A stretch of DNA of 32,000 bases from Mycolicibacterium smegmatis (GTDB lineage Bacteria > Actinomycetota > Actinomycetes > Mycobacteriales > Mycobacteriaceae): NCBI RefSeq assembly GCF_001457595.1, contig NZ_LN831039.1, forward strand, positions 600,001 to 632,000. Direction: 5' to 3'. The translations under genes were made by a program, and so were the position numbers. This document shows, in pieces, positions 30,367 through 32,000 of this stretch. Position 1 is the first letter of the stretch. Every line of letters begins with the position of its first letter. The notes beneath the pieces were generated by a model. The model did not search any database, was not told where the DNA came from, and worked only from the letters and a program-made list of their open reading frames with translations.

Positions 30367-30978
30367 ATGGCAGTGACCGCTGAGGCACAAGTGACCGACC
30401 ACGGCAGCAGCGCCGAGAGGTTCGAACGCGACGCACTGCCGCTGCTGGACCAGCTCTACGGCGTCGCGCGCCGGTACACGCGCAATCAGGCCGACGCCGA
30501 GGACCTGGTGCAGGAGACGATGGTCAAGGCGTACGGCAGTTTTCACACGTATCGCGACGGCACCAACATCAGGGCATGGCTGTTCAAGATCCTCACGAAC
30601 ACGTGGATCAACGCCTACCACACCGCCCAGCGACGACCAGATGTCGTGGTCACCGACACGATCAGTGACGCGCAACTGGCCGCGGTCGCGACGCGGTCGG
30701 AGACCGAACTGGCCTCGGCCGAGTTGGCGGCGCTGGAGTCCATGGGGGATTCAGAGGTGCGCGACGCGGTCGCGGCGCTGCCGGAACATCAGCGGATGGC
30801 CGTGTACTACGCCGACGTGGTCGGCATGCGGTACCAGGAGATCGCCGATGTGCTGGGTGTCCCCGTGGGAACCGTCATGTCCCGGTTGCACCGTGGGCGC
30901 AGGCGTCTGCGCGAACACCTCATCGGGTTCGCTTACCAGAGTGGCTATCTCGCCCGCCCGGCGGGCAGCGCAGCCTGA
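30367..30978 (+). CDS. ECF RNA polymerase sigma factor, SigH-like paralogue (203 aa)
   Basis: Region 2 [40 protein letters not shown] and region 4 [49 protein letters not shown] lies 7 nt before ATG 30367. Confidence 0.9.
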   Translation: MAVTAEAQVTDHGSSAERFERDALPLLDQLYGVARRYTRNQADAEDLVQETMVKAYGSFHTYRDGTNIRAWLFKILTNTWINAYHTAQRRPDVVVTDTISDAQLAAVATRSETELASAELAALESMGDSEVRDAVAALPEHQRMAVYYADVVGMRYQEIADVLGVPVGTVMSRLHRGRRRLREHLIGFAYQSGYLARPAGSAA

Positions 30979-31541
30979 TGGTCGGCGAGTAGAACGCGCA
31001 ACCTGGCACGTCCGCGTGCCAGCCGTGACATGACCGTGCCGATGGGAGTGTCCATCAGCGTGGCGATTTCGCGGTAGGGGTAGCCCTCGACGTCGGCGTA
31101 GTAGACCACCATCCGGTTGGCCTGGGGGATCGCGCGCAGCGCTTCCAGGACCGCGTCGTCGGGAAGGTGTGCGAGAGCTTCGTTCTCGGCTGAACGTGCA
31201 CCGTCTGCCCCGTGGCGCAGACCGGCCGAGAGTTGTGCGTCGGTGAAATCCTCACACAACTGCTCGACCGGATTGCGCTGCTGGGCACGGAAATTGGATA
31301 TCCACGTGTTACGCATGATGCGGAAGAGCCATGCCTGCATGTTGGTCCCGCCCTCGAAGGTGTGAAAACCGTTGTACGCCTTGAGGAGTGTTTCCTGCAC
31401 CAGATCCTCGGCGTCGTAGCGGTTGGTCGTCAGGCGGCGTGCGCCGCGCTCGATCGCCTCGACGAACGGCAGTGCTGTCGCGATGAACTCGGTGGCGTCG
31501 CGTGCCGACGCGGCCGAGGAGTGGACGTTGTCGATGCGCAC
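30945..31541 (-). CDS. ECF RNA polymerase sigma factor, SigH-like paralogue (198 aa)
   Basis: Region 2 [40 protein letters not shown] and region 4 [43 protein letters not shown] prefer GTG 31541 (GGGAGG SD 5 nt upstream) over the ORF-track GTG 31547, which abuts the SD. Confidence 0.88.
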   Translation of the reverse strand: MRIDNVHSSAASARDATEFIATALPFVEAIERGARRLTTNRYDAEDLVQETLLKAYNGFHTFEGGTNMQAWLFRIMRNTWISNFRAQQRNPVEQLCEDFTDAQLSAGLRHGADGARSAENEALAHLPDDAVLEALRAIPQANRMVVYYADVEGYPYREIATLMDTPIGTVMSRLARGRARLRVLLADHQAALPAGRAR

Positions 31542-31782
31542 GGGCACCTCCCAGATGTATAGACAGACTATGTATAGAAAAATAGTCGATTGCTCGGCGG
31601 CGCGTCCAATCGCCCGAAATCGCCGACGGCCGAGTTAATTTCAGCATGTACGCAGGGACCTCACAGGAAATATCCCTGCGCTGCACCTGGTTGTGTGCGT
31701 GTGTAAAGTTGCTCCACGCTGTACATAGGTAAACGAACTAATTCGCCAGGTGTGACTGGGTGCCGGGGTCGGGAGGTCTTGG

Positions 31783-32000
31783 GTGAACACTGGCTTGCTC
31801 TCACGTGTGCTGAAGCAGGCGTGGATCCCGCTGGTTCTGGCGGTGGTCCTTCCTGTCTCGGGACTTGTGGTGTGGCGGCTGCACGAGAAATTCGGCTCGG
31901 AGGATCTGAATGCCAACGCCGGGGCCGGGATCGAGATTGTGCAGTTCAACCCCAAGATCCTGGTCTACGAGGTGTACGGGCCACCCGGCAGCACGGCCCA
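31783..32000 (+). CDS. mmpS: MmpS family membrane protein, 5' part (runs off the window)
   Basis: Not in the ORF track because there is no stop in the window. GTG 31783 is preceded by GGGAGG at 31771..31776. It translates to VNTGLLSRVLKQAWIPLVLAVVLPVSGLVVWRLHEKFGSEDLNANAGAGIEIVQFNPKILVYEVYGPPGSTA, the typical MmpS N-terminal TM helix followed by FNPK..EV.G.PG. Confidence 0.85.
   Translation, partial: MNTGLLSRVLKQAWIPLVLAVVLPVSGLVVWRLHEKFGSEDLNANAGAGIEIVQFNPKILVYEVYGPPGSTA

Noticed and set aside
30141-30368. 75-aa Cys/His-rich ORF ([10 protein letters not shown]...) on the minus strand, spanning the Nit1C/sigma intergenic region.
   Set aside because: GC3 is only about 68 percent, against about 85-90 percent for bona fide genes here. 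There is no SD, its start overlaps the sigma factor start codon, and it runs straight through the repeat and hairpin motifs. It is more likely regulatory DNA, and ribosome profiling could revisit it. The same applies to 30217..30675(-).
1-32000. Search for CRISPR arrays, tRNA/rRNA genes, IS elements or transposases, integrases, toxin-antitoxin pairs and phage-defence genes.
   Set aside because: I saw no regularly spaced repeats, no cloverleaf-like or rRNA-like conserved stretches, and no transposase, integrase or defence-type protein motifs in any frame. Apart from the short intergenic regions, the composition looks uniform by eye, so nothing suggests a recently acquired island. This was done by eye only; tRNAscan, Infernal or ISfinder would be decisive.

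Overview
High-GC (roughly two-thirds G+C by eye) actinobacterial chromosomal DNA. The gene content is typical of a fast-growing Mycolicibacterium: CspA, MmpS, SigH-like ECF sigma factors and many leaderless-looking starts. I found no rRNA, tRNA, CRISPR array, IS element or prophage.

Layout, left to right:
- (1) 39-3647, minus strand: a tightly coupled operon of two tandem DUF1185 ('amino acid synthesis' family) paralogues, an alpha/beta hydrolase, an aldehyde dehydrogenase and a 4-oxalocrotonate-tautomerase-like protein. It is divergent from a plus-strand operon at 3857-7060 encoding a BCCT transporter, a SnoaL-like protein, a flavin reductase and a GntR regulator.
- (2) SAM methyltransferase and an ArgP/LysG-type LysR regulator.
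- (3) NitT/TauT-type ABC importer (minus strand), divergent from an OsmC-like gene.
- (4) Four-gene carbohydrate-type ABC importer.
- (5) An unannotated 45-codon ORF translationally coupled to a DUF5994 gene, then cspA.
- (6) DapB-like oxidoreductase, TetR regulator, a hypothetical protein, DUF808 and an NCS2 purine permease.
- (7) The headline: an eight-gene minus-strand operon at 22583-30009. It matches the conserved Nit1C / MSMEG_0565-0572 / sll0783-0788 type cluster, encoding a starvation-response protein, a nitrilase, a small protein, a flavoprotein, a radical SAM enzyme, a GNAT-PurM-like fusion, a second nitrilase-superfamily protein and a GT4 glycosyltransferase. As far as I know its substrate and product have never been established.
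- (8) Two convergent SigH-like ECF sigma genes that overlap at their 3' ends, followed by the 5' part of an mmpS gene.

Most notable points seen directly in the sequence:
- The second nitrilase paralogue has lost the catalytic Cys and Glu (Asp-Lys-Asp instead of Glu-Lys-Cys).
- The radical SAM protein has a CX8CX2C motif plus a C-terminal CX2CX2C motif.
- A 357-bp lower-GC control region lies upstream of the cluster and carries twin GGNGG-TAAA-CCNCC hairpins.

Many long ORFs in the supplied track are wrong-frame or antisense shadows of real genes and were rejected.
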